64,000 nucleotides of DNA from Azolla caroliniana (GCA_043228905.1 JBHGNT010000017.1:17608001-17672000), one strand, 5' to 3'. Positions 23,073-36,693 are shown, counted from the stretch's first letter. Notes: generated by a model from the letters alone, not told the origin. Made by a program: numbers and translations.

Positions 23073-23901
23073 ACGCAAGTGCACGCCTCGAGGGAATTAA
23101 ATAGGACGAGTACTAGGCATGAGTATAGGGAGGGGTACTAGGTAGTTAGAGCATAGACATCGCATAAGTAGGGAGAGTTACGAGGAGAGTAAATCAGGGG
23201 AGAGAATCTAGGACAAAAGTGATGGGTCATGAATGCTTGTAACGGTCACTCCTTGAGCTATAAAAGGAGCGACCTTTGACTGTCTTCGAGATGCCACTAA
23301 GAGGAAAGGATACACAGAGAAAGATTGAGGACTGACCGTGGAAGAAGGCGCTTCCCCTTTGCTCGCGTCAGACGCCTGAGTGCTCCTGACTTGGGGATCG
23401 ACCTTCTGCGCACCGACGTCTCTTTGTACTTGGCTATTTGCGAAGCTCCGCGCTCCATCACCGGCTCTGATCCAGCTGTAACCACTCACAGCATCGTGCA
23501 CCTGTGTTTTAATATAACTCTTTCTACCTCACATACTTCGTTCTCAGTGTCTTTGTCTTTGTCTGTGTCTACGCGCGATTCTCTTGCTCGCTCTCGTTCG
23601 CTAGACTTACCCGCCCTCTTGTGGTCTCAAGACCTACGTGGTTCCCAAACTCCTCCCTCCTCGTTTTCCTGATTCCTTGGTTCGAGACCCCCGTGGTCCT
23701 GCCCGACTTCTACGCATCCGCGAGGATTTGCTCGACAACGGTAAGTAATCGTTACCCCCTGCCCTTAATTCCAACGCTCCTCGATCAACTCTGAACGGGG
23801 CATATCTTCTCCAAAATTGACCTTCGGGGCGCCTACAATTTGGTGCGCATCAAGCCTGGGGACGAGTGGAAAACAACTTTTCGGACGCGCTATGGACATT
23901 T

Positions 23902-24647
23902 TGTTAGGAAACAAGTCCCTCCGGATGGGAAACCGGATGTCGAGTACCCAGCATCGGAAGACCCAGTGAGAACCGGAAGAGGAGTACCCGACATCGGAAG
24001 ACCCGGTGAGAACCGGAAGAGGAGTACCCAGCTACGGAAGACTCGGTGAGAACCAGAAGAGGAGTACCCGGCTACGGAAGACTCGGTGAGAACCGGAAGA
24101 GGAGTACCCGGCTACGGAGGACCCGGTGAGAACCGGATGAAGTGTGCCTGGCAAGCGCCGGATGATGCAGGCCCGGTGAGGAGTGCTCACCGGATGAAGG
24201 GACATATTTGTAAATATGTTTCTGAGAGTCCATCGGGGCTATATTTGTAAATAGCCGAAAAGTCATATTAGTATAAATATGACTTAGGGAAAACTCTTCT
24301 TGAGTGTTGTTGTCATTTCTTGTTGGCGCAAGATTAGGGTGCGTAACTGTGTACAGAGAGAGTGAGAGAGAGGAAGATGTCGTTGCCTCTGTTGTAACCG
24401 CCGCCTGTGGCGAAGATAGAAAGCTCGAGGTCATTGCTTCTGTGCTTTACCATTTGTACATTCTGACATAGTGAAAGTTTGCAGTCTGTGGGTTGCCGTG
24501 GTTTTTTCCCTAGTTTGGGTTTTTCCACGTTAACATCCTGTGTACTCTTCTCTCCATTGTGTCGTGCATTCATTTCCCGTTTTCTGTGTTTTGATTCTAA
24601 GCTCAGTTGTGGCCAAGTGTTGTTCATCGGAGCGTGTGTTCCTGTCA
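23902..24647 (+). mobile_element. Solo LTR (746 bp), Copia-type
   Basis: TGTTAGGA...TCCTGTCA termini, TSD CATTT, TATAAATA at ~24272, Copia-like U5 motif GGGTTTTTCCACGTTAA. Confidence 0.88.
23942..24141 (+). repeat. Tandem repeat, 40 bp x5, in U3 of the solo LTR
   Basis: GAGTACCCRGCTACGGAAGACYCGGTGAGAACCGGAAGAG-like units at 23942, 23982, 24022, 24062 and 24102. Confidence 0.93.
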
Positions 24648-27281
24648 CATTTCGAGTACAAACTGATGCCTTTCGGCCTTACCAACGCTCTGACAGTCTT
24701 CCAACACATGATGAACGATATTTTTCAAGTGGAAAACAACTTTTTGGATGCGCTATGGACATTTCGAGTACAAAGTGATGCCTTTCGGCCTTACCAACAC
24801 TCCGGCCGTCTTCCAGCACATGATGAACGATATTTTTTGAGAGTATCTCGATCATTTCGTGGTCATCTACCTTGACGACATCCTAGTTTTTTCTTCCAAC
24901 TGGGAGGAGCACACACACCACGTCCGGCTAGTTCTCACCAAACTCCGAGAATATGGGCTCTTCGCCAAAAGTGAGAAATGTGAATTCGATCGGACCTCTG
25001 TGGAATTCCTGGGTTACATGATCTCACCTACCGGGATCACAATGGATAAACGCAAGGTCGCCGCCATCACTGATTGGCCTCTCCCGACTCGGCTGAAAGA
25101 GGTACAATCATTTCTTGGTTTTGCAAATTTTTATAGATGATTTATAGACGGGTTCTCATCCCTAGTCCAACCTCTCATCCAACTTACCCGGAAAGATAAT
25201 CCATTTCTTTGGACCCTCGCAACACATAATGCTTTTAATGCCCTCAAAGCAGCTTTTCTCTCTGCCCCCCTGTTAGTCCACCCGGACCCCACCCGCCCTT
25301 TCCAGGTTGAAACCGACGCCTCTAACTTTCCCATAGGTGTGGTCTTGTCCCAACCTGATGACGATGACACCCTTCTACTCTCGGAAGTTTACAGCCCCAG
25401 AAATCAATTATCCGGTCTACGACAAGGAGCTCGCAGCTATCATCTCGGCCTTCCCTGAATGGCGATCCTATCTGGCTAGGGCGCAACATCGTATTCAGGT
25501 GGTGACTGACCACAAGAATCTCATGTACTTCACCACCACTCGTATGTTGAATCGGAGGCAGGCTCGTTGGTCATCTTTTCATGTCGACTACGACTTCGAA
25601 ATCTAGTTCCGACCCGGCGTTCAACATGGGAAAGCAGATGCTCTCTCTTGGTGACCCAATTTTGCATTGCGCCCAGGCGACGCCGCTTATTCTCAGCAAT
25701 CACATTGTTTATTGCGGCCCGATCAACTCCACATGTTCGCAACCTATCTGTTGCACGATGATTCCTTGCTCAATGAGATTGCCCAAGCAACCACGTCGGA
25801 CCCTTTCGCTACTGACATCATGGCGCGCCTCAACAACCCATCCCAGGAATGGCAAAGCTCAGATCTTAGTCATTTTACAACTCACAATGGGCTACTCTAT
25901 CATCATCACCTCCTTTACATACCAGATGGCCCATGTCGCCTCCGAGTTCTACAAACTTGCCATGACGATCCTCTTGTCGAACACTTTGGGGTTGCCAAAA
26001 CGCTGGCATTGCTTTCTCGGGGGTTTTGGTGGCCTAAACCTTGGAAATTGGTCAAAGAATTTATCAAAACTTGTGACATCTGTGCTCGCTCCAAAGCGGC
26101 TCACCATCGTCTATATGGCCTTCTACACCCACTTCCAATTCCCAGTCGACCTTGGGCATCTCTCTCCATGGACTTTATCACTGACCTTCCTCGAGTCGGT
26201 GACCATGACACGGTGCTAGTGGTCGTCGATTGGTTTTCGAAGATGGCTCACTTTGTCCCATGTTCGAAAACCATTTCAGGGGAGGAGACAACTGCCCTTT
26301 TTCTGAAAAATGTCTTCCGCTTACACGGTTTGCTTGAGGATGTCACTTCTGATCAAGGTCCTCAATTTATCTCCCACTTTTGGCGCCGACTACTACAGAC
26401 ATTCGGGACTTCTGTGAACTTGTCAACCGCACACCACCCTCAAATTGATGGCCAAACCGAAAGAGTCAACCAAATCCTCAAACAATACCTCCGTTGTTCA
26501 GTTAGCTACCAACAAGACGATTGGGTGGACCTCCTTGCCATGGCGGAATTTTCCTACAATAACAGTATCCATGCCTCAACTAAAGTTTCCCCATTCTTTG
26601 CAAATTACGGTTTCCACCCTCGTTTCAGCATTTCCATTCTGGAGATATCCATCAATCCGTCGGCCGAGAAGCGTGCCCACACCTTACAAGATGTCCACCG
26701 TGACCTCTCCCTCGAGCTCCGTGCCGTTGGCAAACAGTATAAAGCTCACGCTAACAGACATTGCTTAGTCACGCCGACCTTCACAGTCGGTGACATGGTT
26801 TGGTTCCTACGTCGGCATATCGCAACCACCCGTCCCTGCTGTTACCGGCCGGCATAGGAGTCCAGAGTGTGAAACGAAGGAGTTATTTAATTATTAAGGA
26901 ATGGTTGTAAGTAAGCTATTAGTGTGGACGGACGGACCGGAATCGGTATGCCGTTCCGGATCCGGACCGATCCCGAATAGGTGCGGATGGCACCGTTTTG
27001 TACTACAAACCGGAAACCTATTTAAAGGCCCTGATGCAATGTAATGTTCAACGGATAATTAATAAAGTTTAGTGTTTTTATCTCTCTGTGTTAATTGTCG
27101 TTCTGCATTCATTGTTATATCTTACGCGTGTGATTATGAAGGACGATCTTGCTAAGTAACCTAATTAAGTCGGATAAATCGTTGAGCCTAATTCTCTTGC
27201 CATAACACCCCTTTGGTGAAGTGTCTTCCGTAGACACCCTGTGTTAGACCATTGTCCGGCCCTAAGAGTTAACATAGTTTT

Positions 27282-27291
27282 TGGCGACCAC
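27282..27291 (+). promoter_or_regulatory. Primer binding site, probably tRNA-Arg (element F)
   Basis: TGGCGACCAC, 7 nt after the LTR; matches the recalled 3' end of plant tRNA-Arg(TCG). Confidence 0.6.
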
Positions 27292-27327
27292 GATTCCTGT
27301 TTTTGCAACGAATGACGGCATGAATGG

Positions 27328-30300
27328 ATGACTAGATCAACGCACGACCTGGTTATAGATCGAACTCGACGCCTTGCCGAAAGGCAAAGGAGACGTGAGG
27401 ATTTCCAGCAAGCGGCACAAGAAATTAGAGCGGATCGCTCGTTTTCCAACATAATCCGGAGAGTAGCGGAGGAGTCCCTCTGGTTACAGCAAACATCGCA
27501 CCCAGACGACGACAACAGCCTTAGCAGCCTCTGGGAAACCGAATCCCTTCTCCAGGCGTTGGCAAGCGGAGAAGGCGAAGCAGAAGCCTTTTCAGCGTAT
27601 GAATCGGATTCCGAAGGGGGATACAACGTGCACACGAACTACCGTAGCAGCACCGACACACCGGGCGGACCGGAGGACGAAGGATCAGACACCTTACCGA
27701 CACCGGAACCGGATGTGCTAAGGCTGGAACCTCCGGAACCAGAAGCAGAGGAAGAGCGACCTCCGACACCGAAAGTCTAAGAGGAGAGGCCTCCATCACC
27801 AAAAGAAGAGGAAAGACCACCGACGCCGGAGAAAAACCACGAACGACCACCAACACCACTAGCCCGCGCACCGATACCGGACGACGACATGTCGTTCCAA
27901 TACTCCATGTATAGAGATGATCCGGACGCGGAAGCTCATGTTCACGCCTTTGAACAGACATGGGAAGCAAACCATGTGTCCCAGGGATTGACCCCGGAGG
28001 AAGAGGAACGCTCTAAGATAGCAGAATTTGGCGTCACATTGGAGGGACCGGCAGCAAGATGGCACCGGACGCAGGACCCGTCTACCATCACCACCTTCGC
28101 AGATTTAAAAGCTAAATTCTTGCATTTTTTCCAAAAGGAGGTGGACCAGACAGTAATGGTGGGCTTGTTTTATACCATCCGACAGGAGGAAGGGGAGAGC
28201 ATTCCCCAATTTGTCACCTGGTTTCAACGGATGCATAGTTAGCTTGCCCGCGCACCCCCGGAGGAGGAATTACGAACTATATTCCTAAATGCGCTCCGGG
28301 AACCCCTACGCACGGTTTGCACGGTAATTGACTTCTGTGCAAGTACCATCGACCAGGTCATTGACCGGGTGAGAGAGAAGGAAAAGACAAGCTCCTGGCT
28401 AACACTGGGAGCACTCCAACGGGCGTTACCGTCCGATGAAGACCTCTGGTTTCGGTAAGCAATACAGTGCACAACCTGCTTGAATTCCGGACACTCGGCA
28501 CTAGAATGCACTCGGCACTATGAGGACGCAATGTGTAATCTGTCAATCCAAGGGCCATACGACGGATAGGTGCGAGTATAATCTATTGAACCGGCAAGCA
28601 CTGCTCGTCCGACAAATAGAGCCACGCAGCAGCCGGGATGAAGAAGAGGAACGCTGGCGGCGAATGGACCGATACCGACCGGCACAGGATGTCCGGTATG
28701 GCGATCGACAGGAGAATGATGTCCGGTACGGTGATCAGCGGGATAACTATGACCGGGATGATAGATATGATCGGTACCGGGATAACAATAGACGATACGA
28801 ACATTACGACCGGGAGCACTCCCCCGGGTATCGTCAACAACGGGAGGAATACGGCAGATATAACGACCAACCTCGTCAAGAGTACCGCAATAAGAAGAAC
28901 TATAACAAAAAATGGCATTTAAAAAAAGGCGGCCACCCACGGGATCCGGAACAAGGAGCTTCAAGCAGCCAACCGGCCCAAAACCCCGCGCTTACCACAG
29001 GACCTGCCCCGGGTACAACAAACAATGCCGAATCCAGCAATACCCGGAAAGCCTACTGCTACTACTGTCGATAGGAAGGCCATTATAGTAATCAATGCCC
29101 GGCGAAGAGCTATGACAAACGACCGACAGTAAATATAGTAGTCCCTGAAGTGGCAGATCTGCAGCAGGTGACCACAAGGTCGAAGGGCATGGCCAAGACG
29201 TAGGAGACCATCCGGAAGCAAGTGACGGAATGGGTAAAGAAAGCAAACGAGCAAAACGTAACAGACTTAGAGTGGCAAAAGGAGAACACTGTAGGGCTTT
29301 CCGGCGGCAGTCACTCTGAGAACGAGACATCGCAGGCGTTGCAAGAATGCCAGATTACGCTGCAACTAGGAAGACTCCTACAACTCGTGTCGAGATTCAC
29401 GGAAGGACTGAAGACAGCCACGATGGCAAAAGAATCATCACCAGCACCGGTACTCTTCTGGAATCCGGAGGAGGGACCAACGGTGGTGGACACCAACAGT
29501 CCAGTAATTACTGCCATTGTAAAAGGAAAAGAACTCCCCGGCACAGTAATAGACAAAGGCTCCGGTGTGAATGTAATAAGCCTCCGGACGTGTGATGCCC
29601 TGGGAATCCATGAGTGGGAGCCGTGTCCATTCTGGTTACGGATGGCCGATACAAGCTCAGTGCGGCCGACAGGATTAATACGAAAATTAGAAGTCACCGT
29701 TGGCGGTCATACATTTCACATCTCGACAGTAGTGCTACAATTACAGGCACAAGGCGCATATCCGCTATTGCTGGGGCGGCCGTGGTTGAAAACGGCACAT
29801 ATCAAACAGAATTGGAGGAAAAATATAATTACCTTTCGGCGAGGAAAAGCCAAGGTACGTGTACCAACACAGCCAAGGACGAGCACTGGCAAGGAATGTA
29901 TACCGTTGTATGCAGAGTGCGTCAACATGCTAGAAGGGTTAGCTGACGAAGAAGAAGCTCAATATTTGCAGGAAAACCCGAAGATCGTACCCCTCTTCGA
30001 AATTGACATTGCCGAAGCAGTAGCACCATACTTACCACAGCCGGAAGAGACTGAAGTAGAACCGGATAAGGACGCAATCCGAGAGTTATGGCAAGCGCAG
30101 GAAGCGTTGGAACGGGAAATGACTGTTTCACAGCGCGTAAAAGCGTCGCAACTTGAAGAGGTGAACCTAGGGACCACGGACGAAGCAAAACCGGTGCACA
30201 TCGCCAAGGAGATGAAGTCCGAAGACAAAACGGCGATGATCACACTTCTCACGGAATTTCGAGACGTGTTTGCCTGGTCATACGAAGACATGCGAGGGCT

Positions 30301-33125
30301 CGACCCTCAGTTATACCAGCATCAGATTCACTTGAGCAAGGACGCAAAACCAGTGGCACAAAGACGGTACCGGATGAATCCCAATTATGCCGCCAAAGTC
30401 AAGGGGGAAATCGACAAACTGCTAAGAGTTGGCTTTATCCGTTCGGTAAAGAAAGCGACATGGCTGAGCCCGATCGTAGTCGTACCGAAGAAGAACGGAA
30501 AAATTTGAGTTTGTGTGGACTACCGAAAACTCAATGCGGCTACGGTAACAGATGCGTTTCCACTTCCGTTCACAAATGGAGTGTTGGATGCCATCGCCGG
30601 CCATGAGGTCTATAGCTTTCTAGACGGATTCAGCGGGTATAATCAGATTCGGATGCACCCCGACGACCAAGAGAGAACGGCTTTCGTCACTGAATGGAGG
30701 GTGTTTGTGGCCGTGGTGATGATATTCGGACTCAAAACGGCACCGACAACATTCCAACGAATCATCATGGAAATCTTTGGTGAATATATCCCGGCTTTTA
30801 TGCAGGTTTTCCTTGACGATTTCGCCGTCTATAGCTGGGAAGAGGACCATTTTCAGCACCTCCGTCTTTGTCTAGAAAAGTGTAGAGCGTACCGGCTAAG
30901 CTTGAATCCGGTGAAGTGTGTATTTGGCATGTCCAGTAGAACCCTACTAGGACATATTGTGAGCAAGGAAGGCATTGCAGTCGACCCGGACAAAGTGAAA
31001 GCCATATTAGAAGCACCGACGCCGGCAACGGCAAAGGCATTGAGCCGGTTCTTAGGCCAGATCCGGTGGCATAGTCGGATGCTCCGATACTTGGCCGACC
31101 TGGCTACACTGTTGCATGCCGCGGTATATCGAACACCATTCAAGTGGACCGACACCGAGGATAGGGCGTATAGGGCCCTCAAGGTACTATTGTCGCAAGC
31201 ACCGGTAGTGCAGCCTCCGGATTGGAGTAAAGAATTTCATGTGTTCGTGGACGCCTCCGACATCGCAATCGGAAGCGTACTGATGCAGCTTACGGAGCCA
31301 AAGTGGTATCGGCCAGTGTACTATGCCAGCCGAAAGCTATCCCAAGCGGAACGGAACTACTCTACCACGGAACGGGAAGTTCTAGGGCTGATCTACAGTG
31401 TGACAAAGTTTCGGCATTATTTATTGGGAAGGAAGTTTTCCTTCCATGTAGATCATTCGGCACTCCTCTACCTGGTGTCCAAGGCGTCACTCACCGCCGG
31501 TAAGTTGGCCCGGTGGACCTTACTGTTACAGGAATTCGAGATCAAATTATTCCACCGACTCGGTATACAGCATGTTGTAGCGGATTATTTAAGCCGACTA
31601 GAGTCCGGAGAGACGGGCGACGGAGTAGCGGACGAGTTTCTGGATGTAGAGTTGTTTCGAGTCACTACGGAAACGGCAGCAGACGAGACGGTGGCACAGG
31701 AAGATAAGTGGCTCACAAATATGCACCAATTTCTGAGCACAGGACTGCCTCCGGAGGAGATGACCCGGGACGAAAGGAAACGCCTGGCGGTGCAAAGCCG
31801 ACATTTCTGCTTACTGTGAGACACACTTTACCACAAGGGCACGGACGGCATATGGAGACGGGCTATGCGCAGCAATGAAAAGGACCTCATACTGAGGGAA
31901 GCCCACTGCGGAGTTGCCGGAGGTCACTATGCCGGAGATGCGACGGCCAAGAAAATATGGCAAAGTGGCCTATGGTGGCCAACTACATTAAGAGATGTTG
32001 TACGGTACGCAAAAGAATGTGACCTATGCCAGCGAATGGGCCAGCCAACGGAGCAAGCTCGGATGCCACATCAGCTAGTACTACCACTCGAACCATTCCA
32101 GAAGTGGGGGCTGGACTTTGTTGGACCGTTCAAACGACCAGCAATGAGAACAGGTAATCGGTACGTCATTGTCGCGACGGATTACTACACGAAATGGGTG
32201 GAGGCCAAAGCCTTAAGAGACAACACCGCAGCGTCAACGGAAAAATTTCTATACGAATACATCTGGTGCATTACAGATGCCCAATTGAATTAATAAGCGA
32301 CCAAGGGGGGCACTTTCTCGGCCAAGTAGTTGAAAGCCTGACGACATTCTATGCCATTGTCCATAAATGGAGCACACCGTACTATCCGCAAGCAAATGGG
32401 TTAGCTGAGTCGACGAACAAAACGCTCTAGAATATCCTCCGGAAGATCGTCAACGAAAACCGAACGGATTGGGATACCAAGCTACATAGCGCGCTTTGGG
32501 CATACCGGAGAGCATACAAAACGAGCATCCAAACAACACCGTTCCGGTTAGCGTTCAGACTAGAGGCCGTCATGCCAGTGGAATTCCAAGTACCAAGCTT
32601 ACGGATCCAGCTACGGGAACGGCTGAACGAGAAGGAGTCGGAGGCAATACGGTTAACAACGCTGTGTGAACTCGAGGAACAACAACTGACAAGCATCAGC
32701 AACGGAAAGCATTTGTCGACCGGCACAGGAAAGGAAATGAAATAATGTTCGAAATCGGCAAGCCGGTGTTAGTATTTCAGACCCGGATGGGCAAGATGCC
32801 GGGTAAACTATGGTTTAGATGGACCGGCCCGTATTGGCTGACATGTGAGTATAATGGGTCCTACCAGTTAAGGACACTTGCCGGCGAAGTGCTAGGCAAA
32901 TGGGTCAACGGATTCAGATTGAAGCCATATAGAGGACTGATGCCCAAGAACCCATTTGAGCAAAGGACCGACACGGGATCGGGAACCGGTGCGGAAACGG
33001 CAACTTGTGAGGGAAACGGCAACCACCAAGACGGAGGAGACGGCAAGCCAGTAACAGGGGAGAATGAGGCAACGACAAACCGTAATGAGGCCGGTAAGGG
33101 TCCGATAGGACCAATGGACAAGTAA
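27328..33125 (+). pseudogene. F gag-pol
   Basis: Gag with zinc knuckles, PR IDKGSGVN, RT FLDGFSGYNQI..FLDD, RH DASD..ERNYSTTE, IN WGLDFVGP..SDQG..ANGLAE; multiple stops. Confidence 0.92.
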
Positions 33126-33352
33126 CCTCACAGTACAATAAATAAATTAAATAAATAAATAAATAAATAAGAAAAAAAAAAGAAAAAACGAAGTAATCAT
33201 GCAAAAGCGAGGTATGAACAGACGAGAGAGCGAGGAGCGAAAAGGTACGTAGTGGGCATTTAAGCGCTGCCACAGGACATAATGCTATTTTAGGACACGA
33301 CGTGCACACGCTCGAAAAAGGCGCCAGAATGCACAGAGAAAAATCATAGCGC

Positions 33353-36198
33353 ATGGAGAACTTCTACTTTCGCGAACCCAGGAGCACAGAAGCACCAAGG
33401 CGTTGGAAGATCACCAGACGAGAACCTACGCACAAAGAACCCCTGCTTTCTGAACTCACTCTCTCTCACTCTCACTCTCATCACTATACAACCTCGCCAC
33501 CACAATCCGACCTCGACACAGACATGGACCCGCAAATGCTGTCGGAAGCCGCCAAGAAATGGCTAAAGCAACACGGGCTCGAGGGCTTCTTGACAATTAT
33601 GGAGGTACCGCCACAGAAAGAAGCCGACAAGGTGATCAAAGAAATCGACACAGAGGTCATAACGGCGGAGGCGATCCGTGCGTTAACAGGCCTTCCGGAG
33701 GGAGGCATATTCACGATTGACAATCCGACCTCGGGGCAACTCATCAAGTATTTTGGTGAGTACTCCCTAGCCACCTAGGGCTACCGGACACAGGGCGGTG
33801 GAGATATGCTGTTCCGCGAGATTGCCCGTGTGCTCCGTGAATACGGCCATGTGTACCCTAGACCCCCTGTCATGCCGCAGAACCGGGCAGGGATGATCAT
33901 CGCCACCTATGAAGGGATCAAGGTGGATTGGCCGGTATTGATCGTAGACGGTTTGTGTGCGGTGATCGAGATCGTCAAAGGAAAAGATGGCAAAGAAGGC
34001 CAAGAAGGATGGAGGATATGGCACGCAGTAACGCAATGGCTCACCTTGCTTGTGCCACCCATCCAGCCCGTCCAGCCCAAGAAGCGGGGAAGAGTGGAGA
34101 ACGGCACCCCAAAGACTGCTTCTAAAAGACAACAATTGTTGGCCTCTAAGGCCACTAAGGGGAAGGCGGCGGACGCAAAACAGGCGGGAAAGGAGAGCGC
34201 AAGCTTGAAGCGGCCAACGGATACGCAGGAGGAACCACCGGTACGGCCCGTAAAGATTACACTCCACCGACCCGTGAATAGAGAAGCGGACCCCTTGGCG
34301 GCGAAACTCAATGCCGGGACTCAGGAGGAGGAAATAGAGGAGGAGCCTATGGAGCACCTCCAACGACGGTCGTCGACAAGGACAGTTGAGGCAGCCGGGA
34401 AACGTTCGAACCCTCAGACGGAGGGAACACCGGCTCCCCATACTGAGACTCCCACGCCAAGGGAGGAACCGGAACCAGTGCGCATGGCACCGGAATTAGA
34501 AGCCCCTGCACCACCGGCAGCACCAGCAAGTCCCGTTCCGCCAGAGCCGGAAAGGTCAATGCAGCCTCCCTCGGCCAACCAAGAAGAAGCGCAAGGGGAA
34601 CCAGGACAGCAGGGTGGTCCACGAGCAGAAACGGAATTGCAACTCGGCGCAATCAGGCGCGACCACCCATCCACAAGCAAGCCCATCCGTTAAACCGTCG
34701 TGCAAGCACAACAACAATGCACCGGTAGCCTGTGGCTCCGGTGGATAGGCGAACAGATTGCCGGAGCAGTGGGGTATATTGAGGCGGAAGAACGAGCGCA
34801 AAGCGAACGGTTGCTTGTCACAACTAAACAACTAGAGACGGCCCGGTCCAGAATCCGCCTGTACATACTAATAAGACCCCGGCAACGGAAACCGTTCCAG
34901 AGAGAGATGCGGCGCAAGCCCAGGAGCTTGCGGAATTGAGAGATGAACTTGTTGCACAAGAAGCACTAAGGAGCCGTGAACGGGAATTGAAGACATCGAC
35001 CGAAGCAGAATTAAAGAAGACTACTGAGAACCTCCACCGGGCAGAGGAGAGCCTCCGGAAAGGCCATCAAGCTTACGACCGGCTAAGGGAGGAAAAAGAC
35101 AAAGTGCTGCAGGAAAAGGACAAGCTGCGGAAGACGGCGAAAACGGAAATTGAACGGCTAAAGGAGGAGCTCCGCTAGCAGAAGGACCGCAAGGACTGGG
35201 CCCATCGACAGATCAACGCACGGCTCAAGCAAAAGACAGATGATTTTGAGCACCTGCACCGGGACTACAAATGGCTGGAAACGGAGCATAAGGAACGGAT
35301 GGCCGAGCTCCGGTAGGAAGTTGATCAGGCCGCGACGGCTCTCGCCGACGAACGAGCGGAAAATACAAGACGGTGGAACGAGGTGGAGAAGGTCCGGATG
35401 GAGCTCCAGAGTCAGCAACAGGAAGAAAAGGAGAGAGCGACAACGGTATTGCAAAAATTACAAAGCACATATCAAAGGCAATTGACGCATTACAAGGAGC
35501 AGGCGGAAGAGAACGTCATAATCATCAAGCAATTGAACGAGGAACGGCAAGCTGCGGAGTTAAAATCGCAGATGGGAACGGGCCGGATTCAGTGCATCCT
35601 CCAGGAATGGCTCAATCAGACAAAACGCTTGATTGACGAAAGCTCTGTAAGATGGGGGACAAAGTGGGCACAAAATATAGCGGAACTCCAATTGCTACGG
35701 GCAGAGCTGGAAAACCGGCGGAAGGAAGGAGATGATTGTTACACGTTGACTTCCGAGGACTTCACCGTCATATGGGACGAGCTGGCTGAAGACTTCCAAG
35801 TCCTGGCGGATGAACAGCTGGTGCAGGTCCGACAACTCGTAGCTCAGCTAGACGATGATAGGCTGGACGCTCAAATCCAATTTGAGAGCTAGGAGCGGTC
35901 CCAGGTTCGGGAAGAAAAAGCACGGGAAGCGGCAACGGTTAACCTTAGTGATGAGGAACCATCGCCGGTCGAGGGCCAGGCCGGAACCAGTCAACCGGAG
36001 ACCACTACGACAGAGGGAGCAAAGACGGAAACGCCGGTGTCAGAGCAACAAACAGAGGAGTAGCTGCAACAGCCACCAATGGACCAGTCGCAACAGCCAT
36101 CAATAGAGCAGCAACAACAACAACAACAACAACCAATTCCAGATGAACCATTGGAGACTCTCGAACAAAGCATTCTGGATATTTTGGACGAAGTATAG
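33353..36198 (+). pseudogene. F additional 3' sense ORF (~950 codons): globular N-terminus, Pro/Glu-rich linker, long coiled coil
   Basis: ORF pieces at 33353, 33806 and 34700 share one frame; 34936 and 35383 through stop 36198 share another. The breaks are single stops and one frameshift. Confidence 0.75.
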
Positions 36199-36693
36199 CA
36201 AGGTTCGGATGGTGGATTCGACGTACAAGGTACTGTCCCACGGGCGTGCCATGTGTTACCGGCCAGCATAGGAGTCTAGAGTGTGAAACGAAGGAGTTAT
36301 TTAATTATTAAGGAATGGTTGTAAGTAAGCTATTAGTGTGGACGGACGGACCGGAATCGGTATGCCGTTCCGGATCCGGACAGATCCCGAACAAGTGCGG
36401 ATGGCACCGTTTTGTACTACAAACCGGAAACCTATTTAAAGGCCCGGATGCAATGTAATGTTCAGCGGATAATTAATAAAGTTTAGTGTTTTAATCTCTC
36501 TGTGTTAATTGCCATTCTGCATTCATTGTTATATCTTACGCATGTGATTATTAAGGACGATCGTGCTAAGTAGCCTAATTAAGTCGGATAAATCGTTGAG
36601 CCTAATCCTCTTGCCGTAACACCCCTTTGGTGAAATGTCTTCCGTAGACACCTTGTGTTAGGCCATTGTCCGACCCTAAGAGTTAACACCTGC

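Larger units (their letters stand above)
6177..23737 (+). mobile_element. Ty3/Gypsy C, non-chromovirus, tRNA-Trp primed, 4-bp TSD, degenerate
   Basis: LTRs 6177-7984 and 18057-23737 (both interrupted), TSD ACGG at 6173-6176 and 23738-23741, PBS 7989-8006, PPT GGTGGGGGTGGA. B's RT (KVT|VSNRYP) resumes after it. Confidence 0.92.
18057..23737 (+). repeat. 3' LTR of C, split by E into 18057-18120 and 23077-23737
   Basis: Colinear with 6177-6220 plus 7304-7984. Confidence 0.88.
23742..26839 (+). pseudogene. pol: Chromovirus B pol segment 2 (RT, RNase H, integrase)
   Basis: NRYPLPLI, YLDD, DASN, SMDFITDLP; interrupted by a solo LTR and a ~112-bp duplication. Confidence 0.92.
26840..36688 (+). mobile_element. 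Ty3/Gypsy F, non-chromovirus (Athila-like RT/RH), with an extra 3' ORF
   Basis: 435-bp LTRs 26840-27274 and 36254-36688 (roughly 20 differences), TSD CCTGC, PBS TGGCGACCAC. Confidence 0.95.

Noticed and set aside
23679-23692. B-box-like GGTTCGAGACCC in U5 of C
   Set aside because: No convincing A-box at tRNA spacing, and it is in sense orientation unlike the U3 modules.
23942-24141. CRISPR-like array
   Set aside because: Contiguous 40-bp units with no unique spacers, inside an LTR in eukaryotic DNA.
33353-36198. Classical env gene
   Set aside because: No signal peptide or transmembrane segment is apparent.
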